Positions 1-10,424 of a stretch of DNA of 64,000 bases are shown here, one piece after another. Position 1 is the first letter of the stretch, and each line of letters opens with the position of its first letter. Source of the DNA: Staphylococcus phage AH12. The DNA lies in the sequence record OR455461.1; one strand, written 5' to 3'. Below the pieces are notes generated by a model, which was given only the letters and a program-made list of their open reading frames with translations, did no database searches and had not been told where the DNA came from. The translations under genes and the position numbers were made by a program.

Positions 1-1272
1 AATAAGACTACTTATAAAGAGAACGGTGAAATGAATATAGCTTTAACTGCTAACGGACAAGGTATTAAATTTAAATTAGATAAAGTGAGAAATAGACGTG
101 AACATGTATTAGGTTTTAATTTAGAAAAGAAAACTGGTACACTGGCAAATGTTGATATTAATATTCCTAATGCTTCTGTAACTTCTTGTTCTGTTAATGG
201 TAATAAAATTGGAAGTGATTCTAGAAGTATTACATTTAACGATACATCATCATTGACATTTATTGAAGTTGTATTTATACCTAATGACAGTTTTACAACT
301 AGTTCTCTTATAGAAATGGTTATTAATCGTAATGGTTCATTCCCATTATCTGTAGATATAGAAGGATTAAAAGTAGAAGAAGGTAATAAAGCTACTGCTT
401 GGCAACCTTCAATAAATGATAGTAATGCTAGAATAACTAATATGGAAAGTAGAATTAGTCAAACTGAATCTAAAATAGACTTATCTGTAACAAAAGAGAC
501 ATATAATGCAGATAAATCTAAAATGGAAAAAATGGGTTCTGCATTATCTATATTAGCAAATGGTATTTCTATGTCATCTAGTTCAAATGATAAACTATCT
601 ACTTTTGATATTGATCCTAATAGTATTGCTCTTAAATCTAATATGGTTAATATTAATGATGGAGACGTTATTATTCAAAATGGTAGAGCTACTATTAAAG
701 AAGCTTCTATTACTAATTTGATGTCTAAAAATATAGTTGTTCAAACTATGTTAGATGCAATGGGACAAGTTAAAGGCGGTATGACAATAAAACGTCCAGA
801 TGGAGGTTATATTATATACAATGGTATGCCTCAGTTTGCTACAGCTTATGTACGTTCAGAACCAGGTGTACAAGATTTAATGTCTAATGGTACTCCTAGA
901 TTTAAAAATGTTGGTAACGCATTTATGTTTAGTGACAAAACTACAGGAAGTTATTTCAGACGTGCAATGACTCTATACGGTCAACATGAAACTAGATGGT
1001 TGCATATAGGTATTTGGTATGCTACTCCACAATGTGGAATAGATATTAAGGTGGATTCATTTAATGAACAAAATGGAGTTATCTTTGATAAAACTATCTC
1101 TATAGCTAAAGATACTTCAACTAGTGTAACTAAAACTAAATTTAAAGAAATAAGAGTAGATATGGGAACTCCTCAACAATCTATAGCATCCATTGCTATT
1201 AGAGCTAGAGTAAAACCTGGTCAAAAAGGTAATGCTTGGTTCTTAAACTCTTATATTTATGGTAGAAATTAA
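1..1272 (+). CDS. tail fibre / receptor-binding-like structural protein (5' partial; frame is open to the window edge)
   Basis: Long ORF with no stop upstream of 31. Contains VEEGNKATAWQPS, resembling the EGNKATDWTP motif of Gram-positive phage tail-fibre proteins. One of only three + strand genes in the window. Confidence 0.45.
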   Translation, partial: NKTTYKENGEMNIALTANGQGIKFKLDKVRNRREHVLGFNLEKKTGTLANVDINIPNASVTSCSVNGNKIGSDSRSITFNDTSSLTFIEVVFIPNDSFTTSSLIEMVINRNGSFPLSVDIEGLKVEEGNKATAWQPSINDSNARITNMESRISQTESKIDLSVTKETYNADKSKMEKMGSALSILANGISMSSSSNDKLSTFDIDPNSIALKSNMVNINDGDVIIQNGRATIKEASITNLMSKNIVVQTMLDAMGQVKGGMTIKRPDGGYIIYNGMPQFATAYVRSEPGVQDLMSNGTPRFKNVGNAFMFSDKTTGSYFRRAMTLYGQHETRWLHIGIWYATPQCGIDIKVDSFNEQNGVIFDKTISIAKDTSTSVTKTKFKEIRVDMGTPQQSIASIAIRARVKPGQKGNAWFLNSYIYGRN

Positions 1273-1293
1273 TATATGAAAGGATGAAGAACT

Positions 1294-1728
1294 TTGTCAG
1301 AAGAAAATAAAGAAGAAGTTATGTTAGATTTAGCAGTAACAGTTGATAAAGAAGGAAATATTATTGACTATGAAACTCTTCAATATGAAGATGAACCTAC
1401 AACTTTACATTTAAAAACAAAAATACCTTTTAAATATAAAGATCAAATAGATAAATTTTATGTAGTTATGGAAGGATTTAAACCTGTAACTAAATTAAAA
1501 GAAAATGAAGAAATTGATGAAAATAGATTAATGTCAGAATCTGATATTGAAGATCATCAAAGACGTAAAATAGATCGTATTAAGAATATGAATCTTATGA
1601 GTGAAGAGTTATCTAAAGGTGTAGATACAAACTTTAAAGGAACTTATGGCGGAGATGATTTTCAGTCATTAGGTAGCAAAACAAACCCTTTAGATGGTAT
1701 TGATGCTTTTGGTAATCGTATATATTAA
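1294..1728 (+). CDS. hypothetical protein
   Basis: 144-aa ORF with a Shine-Dalgarno-like AAAGGATGA 5' of the start, co-oriented with the upstream gene. Confidence 0.45.
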   Translation: MSEENKEEVMLDLAVTVDKEGNIIDYETLQYEDEPTTLHLKTKIPFKYKDQIDKFYVVMEGFKPVTKLKENEEIDENRLMSESDIEDHQRRKIDRIKNMNLMSEELSKGVDTNFKGTYGGDDFQSLGSKTNPLDGIDAFGNRIY

Positions 1729-1743
1729 AAAAAAAATAATAAA

Positions 1744-1786
1744 ATTCCCCTAACCTAAATTAATAGGTTAGGGGATATATTTTTAA
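1744..1786. terminator. bidirectional hairpin terminator between convergent genes
   Basis: Inverted repeat CCCCTAACCT / AGGTTAGGGG flanked by an A-run and a T-run, between a + strand and a - strand gene. Confidence 0.55.
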
Positions 1787-1793
1787 ATTTTAA

Positions 1794-2420
1794 TTAACCG
1801 AAAATACGATCTAATGATTCTTCTAATGATTCGTTTGTGCTTTCTTCATCTTCTGAATCTTCTTCTTCGTCTTCATCTTCTTTAGTAATTTTATCTACAT
1901 CTTCTTCAGGTTTTTCTTTAGAATCTAGAGATTTTTCTGAATTCATTTTGTTAGCTTTAGTTGTCTGCTTATCCACATCCATCTCAGGCTTTTCATTTTC
2001 TTCGAATAGACGTTCTAATTCTTCTTCTAATGAATCTTCATCATCTTCAGAATCTTCATCTTCGTCTTCATCTTCATCTTCTTCTTCAGAATCATCTTCG
2101 TCAGACTCTTCAACTGAATCTTCATCTTCTTCAGAATCATCTTCGTCAGACTCTTCAACTGAATCGTCTTCATCTTCATCTTCTTCAGAATCTTCTTCAT
2201 CTGCCGATTCAATGAGGTTTTCAAATTGTTCTTCTACTGAAGTTTCCTCTGAATCTTCATCATCTTTTTTATCAGATTTTGTTTCAGAATCTTCTTTAGA
2301 TTCACTTTCATCTTCATCTGCTGATTCAATGATACTTTCGAATTGTTCTTCAAGAGCTTCTTCCTGAGCTTGCTCGAAAAGTTGTTCTAACTCTTCTTGA
2401 ATTGCATTTTGTTTTTCCAT
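1794..2420 (-). CDS. highly acidic D/E/S-rich hypothetical protein
   Basis: 208-aa ORF, extreme acidic low complexity with an internal tandem repeat. The + strand ORFs 1837-2367, 1961-2215 and 2027-2224 are its mirror images and spurious. Confidence 0.5.
   Translation of the reverse strand: MEKQNAIQEELEQLFEQAQEEALEEQFESIIESADEDESESKEDSETKSDKKDDEDSEETSVEEQFENLIESADEEDSEEDEDEDDSVEESDEDDSEEDEDSVEESDEDDSEEEDEDEDEDEDSEDDEDSLEEELERLFEENEKPEMDVDKQTTKANKMNSEKSLDSKEKPEEDVDKITKEDEDEEEDSEDEESTNESLEESLDRIFG
2088..2177. repeat. 2 x ~45-nt tandem direct repeat inside the acidic protein gene
   Basis: CAGAATCATCTTCGTCAGACTCTTCAACTGAATC(G)TCTTCATCTTC occurs twice in tandem. Confidence 0.6.
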
Positions 2421-2610
2421 AATAAGTAATTCTCCTTTTTCAAAATATTTATATAATGATATAAAAATTATGTTTTGTTATTTTTCTAAATACGTGTACA
2501 GATTAATAAAAAATTGTTCATATTAATCTAAAAAATACAATTTCTGATAAAAAAAAAATAAATCACATATCTTAAAATTAATTAAGATATGTGATTGTTA
2601 TTAATAAATA

Positions 2611-3309
2611 TTAAATAAATGCATTTTTAATTTTTGCTTTTCTTTCTATATCTTTGAATTCATCTTCTTCTATAAAATCAAAATTATAATTAGACATTAA
2701 TGCATAAGTTAATGTATTAAAAATAGGACTTTCCTTACAATATTTTTCTCCTAAATTACTTATCAAATATATTATAGAACAAGTGTCTTCATCATTATAA
2801 TTCTTTATATTAATTATTATTCTATCTCGTTTTCTATTTTTAGGTTTACTTAATGTAAATATATAGGTATACTTATCCCTTAAATATTTTATTTCTTTAT
2901 GAATATTTTTTATTAATAATTCAGCTTGTTCTTTTTGTTCTTTATTACTAATCATGAATTCAAAGCTCATATTTAATAATGCTCTTTCATCATTAGGATT
3001 ATAAGGTCTATTGTAATTACTTTTATATAACACTATATTTAAAAAATCTTCATTGTTATAATAATCCATATTATTATAATCATTTAAAGATTTCAGTATA
3101 TCAACTATAGTTTCTTTATTTATAAAAGTTTTTAAATAGTCTATATTCATATCACTTAATCTTACTGATTTATCAAAATTGTTAACCATGTTTGGTATTC
3201 TTAAATAAACTGGGTTATCTTTATATAAATCACATAATTGATTAAAACTTAAAGGAATTACTCTAGGACCTATTAGTTCTTTTTCTTTAATTATTCTAAT
3301 ATCAATCAC
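2611..3309 (-). CDS. hypothetical protein, C-terminus ...KIKNAFI (loose member of the xK(D/E)xF(K/I) tail family)
   Basis: 232-aa ORF in a co-oriented array. Confidence 0.5.
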   Translation of the reverse strand: MIDIRIIKEKELIGPRVIPLSFNQLCDLYKDNPVYLRIPNMVNNFDKSVRLSDMNIDYLKTFINKETIVDILKSLNDYNNMDYYNNEDFLNIVLYKSNYNRPYNPNDERALLNMSFEFMISNKEQKEQAELLIKNIHKEIKYLRDKYTYIFTLSKPKNRKRDRIIINIKNYNDEDTCSIIYLISNLGEKYCKESPIFNTLTYALMSNYNFDFIEEDEFKDIERKAKIKNAFI

Positions 3310-3322
3310 TTTCTTTCTATTA

Positions 3323-3985
3323 TTATATAAATAATTCTTTAGTTAATATTGAATTATATTCTTTTTTATCTATAATTTCTACAAAATTTCTATGATCCAA
3401 AAGAACTTTTATCTCATTATTGAATTTATTATAATCATCTGCATACACTGCAATATTATCCAAAATGAATTGAATGATCTTAATATAGTTTGAATAAAAT
3501 AAATTCTCTATAAATTCATCTATTTTATTTTTATCTATTAAAAATATTAATGTCAAATCTAGTACATACTCTCTATTGTAATGATCCAGAGAAACAGATT
3601 TTAAAAAATCTAGATCAATTTCATGTATACTATCTATAAATTCTTTTTGGTTTTCAATTAAATCTGTATAGCTTTTTAAACTGAAATACATATTCATTAT
3701 ATATCTATTTTTAGATGTTTTACTAATAAAGAATTCCAATTTACTATTAAAGAAATCCATATGAACTACTTTCATATTTTCTCTATTAAGAATTTCAAAT
3801 ATTTTATTAGCTATACATTTAGATGCTTTTTCCATATTATTAATTTCTTCATCAGAATTAATTAAATAAATTGATCTGTCTTTATTATCATTAAAGTCAT
3901 AGATCTTTTTATTACCGTTGGCACTTTTTTTATGATAAAATATATTTACATTTTCTTTGTTAAAACGATATAAGTAGTTAACCAT
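3323..3985 (-). CDS. hypothetical protein
   Basis: 220-aa ORF. Confidence 0.5.
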   Translation of the reverse strand: MVNYLYRFNKENVNIFYHKKSANGNKKIYDFNDNKDRSIYLINSDEEINNMEKASKCIANKIFEILNRENMKVVHMDFFNSKLEFFISKTSKNRYIMNMYFSLKSYTDLIENQKEFIDSIHEIDLDFLKSVSLDHYNREYVLDLTLIFLIDKNKIDEFIENLFYSNYIKIIQFILDNIAVYADDYNKFNNEIKVLLDHRNFVEIIDKKEYNSILTKELFI

Positions 3986-4061
3986 AAAAGCATCTCATCC
4001 ATTTCTATATTATAATATAATAAAAAGTTACTATATTACTATGGATGAGATGTTATATAAT

Positions 4062-4904
4062 CTATTTAAAACTTTCTTTTACTGCTATCTTCTTATATTC
4101 ATCTTCTTGTACAAAAGTTATTTTTTCTTTATTTTTATTAATAATATCTTTATACGATATAGAATCTAAATTATCTAGTACTTCATCTTTAAAATATAAA
4201 GAATATAATTCGATACCTTTTTTATCTCTAAAGAAATTACAATTTAGTATTTGGTAATTATATTTTCTCATTAAAACTGATAAGAAATTATTTAATTCTT
4301 CTTTATTAGGAATTAAAAAGAATTTCATATTTTTCATTTCTTTATCATTTATACGATCTCTCCTAGATATATTGATATATGAAGTTATTGTTTTTGAAAT
4401 AACTTCATATAATTTATTTGGAGATGAATAATTATTAAAAAGATAAGGATTGATTTGCTTTCTATTTTTACCTTTTACATAATTATCTAATTTAAATTGA
4501 TACTCTTTAAATCTATTTAATATTTTTCTATTTACTTTATTAGATAAAATTAAATAATAACCTTCTTTAGTACCACGATTTTCTATATATAATATATCTA
4601 TTCTATTATCTATATCTTTTTTAACATGTCTAAATAATTTTTTATTAAATAATTGCATTACTTCATTTATATTAAAATAATTGTCACTATATCTTTCATC
4701 TTCAGGTGTAATATCATGTACAAATATTGTACCTACTTGTGGCATAAATTTTCCATCATTTTTATAATTTGAATTATAATTTACAACAGAATTGATAAAG
4801 AATTTATAAAAATTTTCATCTTCATTATTTTTATATAGCATATTGAATTTTATACTCTCATTATTCTTCTTAGTTAGTCTTTTATCTATTTTAATGATTT
4901 CCAT
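4062..4904 (-). CDS. paralog-family protein (C-terminal ...KIAVKESFK)
   Basis: 280-aa ORF. The C-terminal tail motif is shared with more than 10 other ORFs. Confidence 0.55.
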   Translation of the reverse strand: MEIIKIDKRLTKKNNESIKFNMLYKNNEDENFYKFFINSVVNYNSNYKNDGKFMPQVGTIFVHDITPEDERYSDNYFNINEVMQLFNKKLFRHVKKDIDNRIDILYIENRGTKEGYYLILSNKVNRKILNRFKEYQFKLDNYVKGKNRKQINPYLFNNYSSPNKLYEVISKTITSYINISRRDRINDKEMKNMKFFLIPNKEELNNFLSVLMRKYNYQILNCNFFRDKKGIELYSLYFKDEVLDNLDSISYKDIINKNKEKITFVQEDEYKKIAVKESFK

Positions 4905-4922
4905 AATATCAATTTCCTCTCC

Positions 4923-5462
4923 TTATTTAAATGTCTCTTTTACTATAAATTTCTTGTATTCTTCTTTAGACATATCATCTATATATCCTTTATATTCATA
5001 TAAATTATAATCAGAACTATAGAAAATAACGTCTTCTTCTTCTCCATCATGTTCTGGAAGAAAATCAAAATTGTATGAAAAAACTATATACATATCTTCT
5101 TTAATATTACGTATATAACTATTAAAAATAAATTTATTCATATTTTTACTTTTTAAGAAACTAATATTTTTAGTATATTCTTCTCCATTTTCATGAACGT
5201 GAATTATATTATTTAAATGATTATCTTCAACCCATTCAGGGCTATTCTCAAATGATATGTGTTTAACTACTTCATTATTCATATTTATCAATTTAAAATT
5301 AATCAATACGTTTCCTGGTGTAGTTTCTACATTATGTTTAAATCTATAAGACATATAAGTGTCGATGATTTCCTTATTTGAAATTTCTCCTTCATCTCTT
5401 ATTAAATGAAATATGTCAAAGTGACCGTCTTGTTCTATTCTAAATTTTTTAATGATTTCCAT
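4923..5462 (-). CDS. paralog-family protein (C-terminal KEEYKKFIVKETFK)
   Basis: 179-aa ORF with the conserved tail. Confidence 0.55.
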   Translation of the reverse strand: MEIIKKFRIEQDGHFDIFHLIRDEGEISNKEIIDTYMSYRFKHNVETTPGNVLINFKLINMNNEVVKHISFENSPEWVEDNHLNNIIHVHENGEEYTKNISFLKSKNMNKFIFNSYIRNIKEDMYIVFSYNFDFLPEHDGEEEDVIFYSSDYNLYEYKGYIDDMSKEEYKKFIVKETFK

Positions 5463-5463
5463 T

Positions 5464-6090
5464 TTATTTAAATCCCCTTTTTATTAATTCATTTTTATAT
5501 TCTTTTTCATTAATTTTATTTATTCTAGTATTTATAATATTCATAAAATTATATAACCTCATATTATTAACTTTATACATTCTTGCATTATTTCCATTAT
5601 CATACCCAATATTATTATTTATAGGTTCGATAATTTCTTTAGAGTTACAATGTGAAATTAATTCAAATACAATATTTCTATTTTCACTTATATCGATAAT
5701 TAATTCTAGGTTTGAAAATTCTAAATCTAAATTATTAATATCCTCTTTAATTAGATTAAATATATTTTTAGAATTTTCTATATCATGGGTCAACCTATAA
5801 TAATCTCCATATACGTCTTCTCTAAATAAACCTATATTACCTTTTGATATTATATGGTATTTAAATTCTATAATATTTCTTAAACTATTCAATTCAATAG
5901 TGATTGTGTTATATTTAATTATTTTTCTCATTCTATCAGTATAAAATTCATTGAAAAATTGTTCAAATAAAATAATATTTAATTCTTGAGAATCAATACT
6001 ATCTTTATTCTGTTTATATGGTAATTTTAGTGTATCAATATTTTTAAAATTTCTTAACAAACCTCTAAAATCCAACATGAAATAATTCAT
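5464..6090 (-). CDS. paralog-family protein (C-terminal NEKEYKNELIKRGFK)
   Basis: 208-aa ORF with the conserved tail. Confidence 0.55.
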   Translation of the reverse strand: MNYFMLDFRGLLRNFKNIDTLKLPYKQNKDSIDSQELNIILFEQFFNEFYTDRMRKIIKYNTITIELNSLRNIIEFKYHIISKGNIGLFREDVYGDYYRLTHDIENSKNIFNLIKEDINNLDLEFSNLELIIDISENRNIVFELISHCNSKEIIEPINNNIGYDNGNNARMYKVNNMRLYNFMNIINTRINKINEKEYKNELIKRGFK

Positions 6091-6171
6091 CTATCATTTT
6101 CATCTCCTTCAAATAAAAAAATTAATTATAATAGAGATGATACTTTAATTAAAGTATCATCTCATATTTTA

Positions 6172-6486
6172 TTAAATTACATTTTTATAGATAGTTTCAG
6201 GTACAAATTCTTCATCATAATCATGAATAGTTAATAATACACCTTCATGAGAATATTCTAAAGTATACATGTCATTTTCATCATTAACATTAACTACTGA
6301 ATAAGAGAAAATACTTGAATCTTGGTCTAATCCTAATTCTTCAATTAAACCTGATTCAGTTCCATAACCTTCATCTACACCTATTTCATTACTTTCTAGT
6401 ACTTCATACTCTCCGTCTACTTCGCCTCTAAGTTGTAAATCTCTTAATACTTCTTCGTTTAATTTTGTCATAATAAATTCCTCCAT
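6172..6486 (-). CDS. small acidic hypothetical protein
   Basis: 104-aa ORF. GGAGG ribosome-binding site upstream. Confidence 0.5.
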   Translation of the reverse strand: MEEFIMTKLNEEVLRDLQLRGEVDGEYEVLESNEIGVDEGYGTESGLIEELGLDQDSSIFSYSVVNVNDENDMYTLEYSHEGVLLTIHDYDEEFVPETIYKNVI

Positions 6487-6496
6487 TAATTTTATT

Positions 6497-6544
6497 AGAA
6501 AGATATATGATAATATCTTTCTTCATTATTATAATATATACTTA
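6497..6544 (-). promoter_or_regulatory. conserved intergenic hairpin + TATATATTATAA element (candidate phage promoter / 5'-UTR hairpin)
   Basis: AGAAAGATAT...ATATCTTTCT hairpin next to TCATTATTATAATATATAC. The same architecture recurs at 16126-16175, 16821-16870 and 57121-57170. Confidence 0.4.
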
Positions 6545-6548
6545 ATCT

Positions 6549-6854
6549 TTATTTCGTTTCAAACTTTTCAATGCCTTTTTCTTCAATAACTACATCTGCA
6601 TTTAATACTTGTAAACGTTTACCATCTACATTAATAACAATGTAACTACCGCCTGCTTCATCACTATATTTAGTTCTGATTTTCTTTCCTTCATATTGAT
6701 GTAATACTTTACCATCTTTACTATATATAGTTACTTTTCTTTCTAGACCTGATGTATCTGATTTATGATCTTTAGTAGCATCATCAAACCATGTACAACC
6801 TGCTAACACTGTTGTTAATAATAAAACTCCAAATAACATTAAAATCTTTTTCAT
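6549..6854 (-). CDS. lipoprotein (lipobox LAGC)
   Basis: MKKILMLFGVLLLTTVLAGC signal peptide with lipobox. Confidence 0.6.
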   Translation of the reverse strand: MKKILMLFGVLLLTTVLAGCTWFDDATKDHKSDTSGLERKVTIYSKDGKVLHQYEGKKIRTKYSDEAGGSYIVINVDGKRLQVLNADVVIEEKGIEKFETK

Positions 6855-6871
6855 AATTTATTTTCTCCATT

Positions 6872-7357
6872 CTATTCTAGATAATATATTCCTTCACTAA
6901 TATCAATTCCATGCTTTTTTAAATCAGAAGATTTGACTAAATTATTTTTACATACTAATTGTCCATCAAATCTATTTGTAATAATTCCTTTATTATTTAC
7001 TTTTTTAGCAATTGCATGATCTGAAATTCTAATGAATTTAAAATTATTATTTTTTACATATATTGATATAGACCTTTTATTACCGGAAAAATTAGTTATA
7101 TAACCACTTCTAACTAATTCATTTGTTAAACTTCCTTTTACATTACCTAATTCTAAAATACTTTCATTTGTTTTAGAATTAATAAATTTCTTCTTAATAT
7201 CTTCCCCTAACATCACATGGTCATTAATCTCTTTTACTATAGGCATCGTATTAAAGTTGTTCTTCTGTGAGTAGTCTAGAAGAAAGAATAATAAATCTTC
7301 AATTCCTTCTTCTGTGACTGGAAAGACCTCCTTATTTTTATTCTCTAAATACTTCAT
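6872..7357 (-). CDS. hypothetical protein
   Basis: 161-aa ORF. Confidence 0.5.
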   Translation of the reverse strand: MKYLENKNKEVFPVTEEGIEDLLFFLLDYSQKNNFNTMPIVKEINDHVMLGEDIKKKFINSKTNESILELGNVKGSLTNELVRSGYITNFSGNKRSISIYVKNNNFKFIRISDHAIAKKVNNKGIITNRFDGQLVCKNNLVKSSDLKKHGIDISEGIYYLE

Positions 7358-7384
7358 CCGTTTAATCTCCTTTAATTATATTAT

Positions 7385-7717
7385 TTATACAAAACTATTT
7401 AATTCTTTCATATGATAACTTCCTAACTCTAATTTAAGATGGAAATTCTCTATCATTTTATAATTTAAACCATGTTCTTCTAATAATTCTACATTGATAG
7501 TTTCTTCATCAATTTCTAATATTTCTTTTAATGTAAATATATCTGAAGATACTACTGTTAGAGAATCTGCTAAATTATCAAGATCTTTTTCTCTAGAATC
7601 ATCTATATTATAGACGAAACTTTCTTCCATTAAATGCTTGCAATTAGATATAACAATTAAGTCTCCTACAATTTTATCATAAATTCTATCTATAACTTTT
7701 TTACTATCTTTTAACAT
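7385..7717 (-). CDS. hypothetical protein
   Basis: 110-aa ORF. Confidence 0.5.
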   Translation of the reverse strand: MLKDSKKVIDRIYDKIVGDLIVISNCKHLMEESFVYNIDDSREKDLDNLADSLTVVSSDIFTLKEILEIDEETINVELLEEHGLNYKMIENFHLKLELGSYHMKELNSFV

Positions 7718-7788
7718 TATCCATTCACTCCTATTATTTTAATTGATATGAAGTTTATCAACTTCATTTATATAATATATACTTATAA

Positions 7789-8259
7789 TTAATTTAAATA
7801 GATATTTTTATTGTAACTATCCTTACCTAATTTATTACTTATATTAATATCAAATATTAAATCTCCAGTTACAGATTTATCTTTACTATTAATACTTTTT
7901 ACTAACATCATTGTAATTGAATTATTGTAAGTTAAAGTTTCTATAGTTGTATATATTTTAATATCTTTACTTATATCATCTTTTTTAATATTCCTTACTA
8001 ATTTTAAATCTCCATTGTCTATTAAAGTACCCACTTCTGTATCTAATAGTTCAATAATGCAATCAATAAAATCTTCTGCTTTATGAAACAGATTGTGTTT
8101 TTCATTAAGAATATAAGTTCTATTTGGTTTAACTTCAGTTTCTTTATTAATTGTATTTAATGATTTGTATATGAAATTATTAATATAATTTTGTGTAACT
8201 TCAACTGGTAATTTTAAATTATTATTTATTAATTTGTCTATATTCTTTTTATTCTTCAT
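7789..8259 (-). CDS. hypothetical protein
   Basis: 156-aa ORF. Confidence 0.5.
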   Translation of the reverse strand: MKNKKNIDKLINNNLKLPVEVTQNYINNFIYKSLNTINKETEVKPNRTYILNEKHNLFHKAEDFIDCIIELLDTEVGTLIDNGDLKLVRNIKKDDISKDIKIYTTIETLTYNNSITMMLVKSINSKDKSVTGDLIFDINISNKLGKDSYNKNIYLN

Positions 8260-8711
8260 TATACAAAATTATCCTTTACTAAATTATTTTTATACTCTTT
8301 CTCTGTTATATCTTTTAAATTAAAATCCATTGAATTATGATATTCTTCATTGAGATTATTTTTAATAATTAATAGTACTTTGTCTATTATTTTTATTAAT
8401 CCTTCTTCATCTTCTGGAATAAGTATCGTATCATCATAATATTGTTCATATTCAAATTCATTTTTTAATTTACTTATAATTAAATTATTATCATCTTTAA
8501 CTATTAAACCATCATCTTCTTCACCATAAAAGAAAAATATAGTATTTTCAGATAAATTTTCGATACCAAAAGATATTTCACTGGATAGTTTTAATCCAAA
8601 ACTATTCACCTTAAATATTTCACTTTTTATTAATTCATCAAAGACTATTTCTTTACTTTTACCTTGAAAATAACATTCTTTTCCTCTTAAAATTGTTTTA
8701 AAGTATTCCAT
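8259..8711 (-). CDS. paralog-family protein (C-terminal TEKEYKNNLVKDNFV)
   Basis: 150-aa ORF with the conserved tail. Confidence 0.55.
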   Translation of the reverse strand: MEYFKTILRGKECYFQGKSKEIVFDELIKSEIFKVNSFGLKLSSEISFGIENLSENTIFFFYGEEDDGLIVKDDNNLIISKLKNEFEYEQYYDDTILIPEDEEGLIKIIDKVLLIIKNNLNEEYHNSMDFNLKDITEKEYKNNLVKDNFV

Positions 8712-8723
8712 ATTGAGATCTCC

Positions 8724-9188
8724 TTAAATTTCATTAATAATATTAGCTAAATATTCATTGTGATTTAATTCTATACGTCTAGATTCATCTACATTATTTT
8801 CTATATCATCTATAAAGCTATCGAAAAGATTATCAAGTAATTCAATAAATTTCTCATCAGAACCTCTTTCTTTATATCTATTTAGATAAATTTCTTTGTC
8901 AGATCGTTTAGGATAAACCACTACAAATTCTAAACCACTATCATTTAATCCTTGAATAACTTCTTTATGAGTAGATACAAAGATATAATCCATTACATTC
9001 TTAAAGTATAAGTCTCTAATGTAAGTTAAATAATTCTTTGGAAATCTAGGATCTCTAACTTTTTCTCCATCTTTTACTAACCATGAGAAGCTAGTTGAAT
9101 CTGAATCGGATGTTCTTAAGAATGTGATATTATTTTTAATATAAGATTTACCTGTACCTGGAAATGCTGCGATTATTTTAGTATTCAT
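8724..9188 (-). CDS. P-loop NTPase (small nucleotide-kinase-like)
   Basis: Walker A motif AAFPGTGKS close to the N-terminus. 154 aa. Confidence 0.45.
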   Translation of the reverse strand: MNTKIIAAFPGTGKSYIKNNITFLRTSDSDSTSFSWLVKDGEKVRDPRFPKNYLTYIRDLYFKNVMDYIFVSTHKEVIQGLNDSGLEFVVVYPKRSDKEIYLNRYKERGSDEKFIELLDNLFDSFIDDIENNVDESRRIELNHNEYLANIINEI

Positions 9189-9799
9189 TTTTTAATTTCT
9201 CCTTTAATATTTAAGTTAAAGTAATCCTGAAATTCTTTTATATTATTATCAATTTCTTTATATTCTCTTGATTCTAATTTACTACTTTCATATTTGAGAA
9301 ATTCTCCATAAGTAAGTAATCTATTAGTATCAATACTGTTCTTCCAATGTTTTCTTTTCTTTCTTTCTTCAAGTTTTACTATTTTAGTAGCATCTATAAA
9401 TGATTCTCCTAGTAAAATTCCTGTTAAGTTTTTTATATTATAATACTCTATATACCAGTTTTTTTCATTTTTAAAATTATTAAAAGCTTCTTTAAAAATC
9501 TCATTATTCCCATTTAATTCAATATACCATAGAGAATAATATTTACCCTTAATTTTATATGATTGATTTAAAGCTCTATATTCTTTCATAATATTATTAT
9601 TAAAGAATATTATAGAGATAATTATCATTGGTATAAATATTAATAAAGATAATAATGCTAATTTAGTATTAATTGACGATATAAAAATAAATAATGTTAT
9701 CAGTACTGAAAATAAAATTGCATTAAATAAAAAAGGAAATATTGTTGAATTTCCATTTTTATAGATGCACCAATCAAATAGGTTTATTTTATTTTTCAT
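9185..9799 (-). CDS. membrane protein, tandem paralog 1 of 3
   Basis: N-terminal transmembrane segments. Shares ALNQSYKIKGKYYSLWYI...FKEAFNNFKNEKNWYIE...HWKNSIDTNRLLTY with the next two ORFs. Confidence 0.55.
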   Translation of the reverse strand: MKNKINLFDWCIYKNGNSTIFPFLFNAILFSVLITLFIFISSINTKLALLSLLIFIPMIIISIIFFNNNIMKEYRALNQSYKIKGKYYSLWYIELNGNNEIFKEAFNNFKNEKNWYIEYYNIKNLTGILLGESFIDATKIVKLEERKKRKHWKNSIDTNRLLTYGEFLKYESSKLESREYKEIDNNIKEFQDYFNLNIKGEIKK

Positions 9800-9806
9800 T
9801 TTATTA

Positions 9807-10424
9807 TCATTCCCCTTTAGTGTTTAAATTATAGTAATCTTGAAATTCTTTTATTTCTCGTTCCATATCATTTAATTTTTCAATTTTAAGTTTATTCTTT
9901 TTATATTTAAGGAATTCTCTATAAGTGAGTAATCTATTAGTATCAATATTGTTCTTCCAATGTTCTCTATTTTCTCTGACTGCATATTCCACTATTTTAG
10001 TATCTTTTATAAAGAATCCTTCTAGTAAAATTCCTGATAAGTTTTTTATATTATGATCCTCTATATACCAGTTTTTTTCATTTTTAAAATTATTAAAAGC
10101 TTCTTTAAATAACTCATTATTTTCATTTAAACTAATATACCATAGAGAATAATATTTACCTTTGATTTTATATGATTGATTTAAAGCTGTATATTCTTCC
10201 GAATTTTCATCATTTATACACTTAATCATTTTACGTGATATTATAAATATTATTAAAGATATTAAAGGTGAAAATAGAATTACACTTATATTAAAACTAA
10301 ATATAGAAATTATAGGTATAACTATTGCTAAAGATGTTAATAAAATATCTAAGTATTCGACTATTTTGAAAATCTCATTTCTTGTATATAAATTCCAATC
10401 AAATCTATTTACTGTATTTTTCAT
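9807..10424 (-). CDS. membrane protein, tandem paralog 2 of 3
   Basis: Very high similarity to 9185-9799. Confidence 0.55.
   Translation of the reverse strand: MKNTVNRFDWNLYTRNEIFKIVEYLDILLTSLAIVIPIISIFSFNISVILFSPLISLIIFIISRKMIKCINDENSEEYTALNQSYKIKGKYYSLWYISLNENNELFKEAFNNFKNEKNWYIEDHNIKNLSGILLEGFFIKDTKIVEYAVRENREHWKNNIDTNRLLTYREFLKYKKNKLKIEKLNDMEREIKEFQDYYNLNTKGE

Noticed and set aside
1837-2367. Plus-strand ORFs 1837-2367, 1961-2215 and 2027-2224 overlapping the acidic gene.
   Set aside because: They are mirror-image ORFs produced by low-complexity GAA/GAT repeats with serine-rich nonsense translations. The minus-strand acidic ORF is the coherent one.
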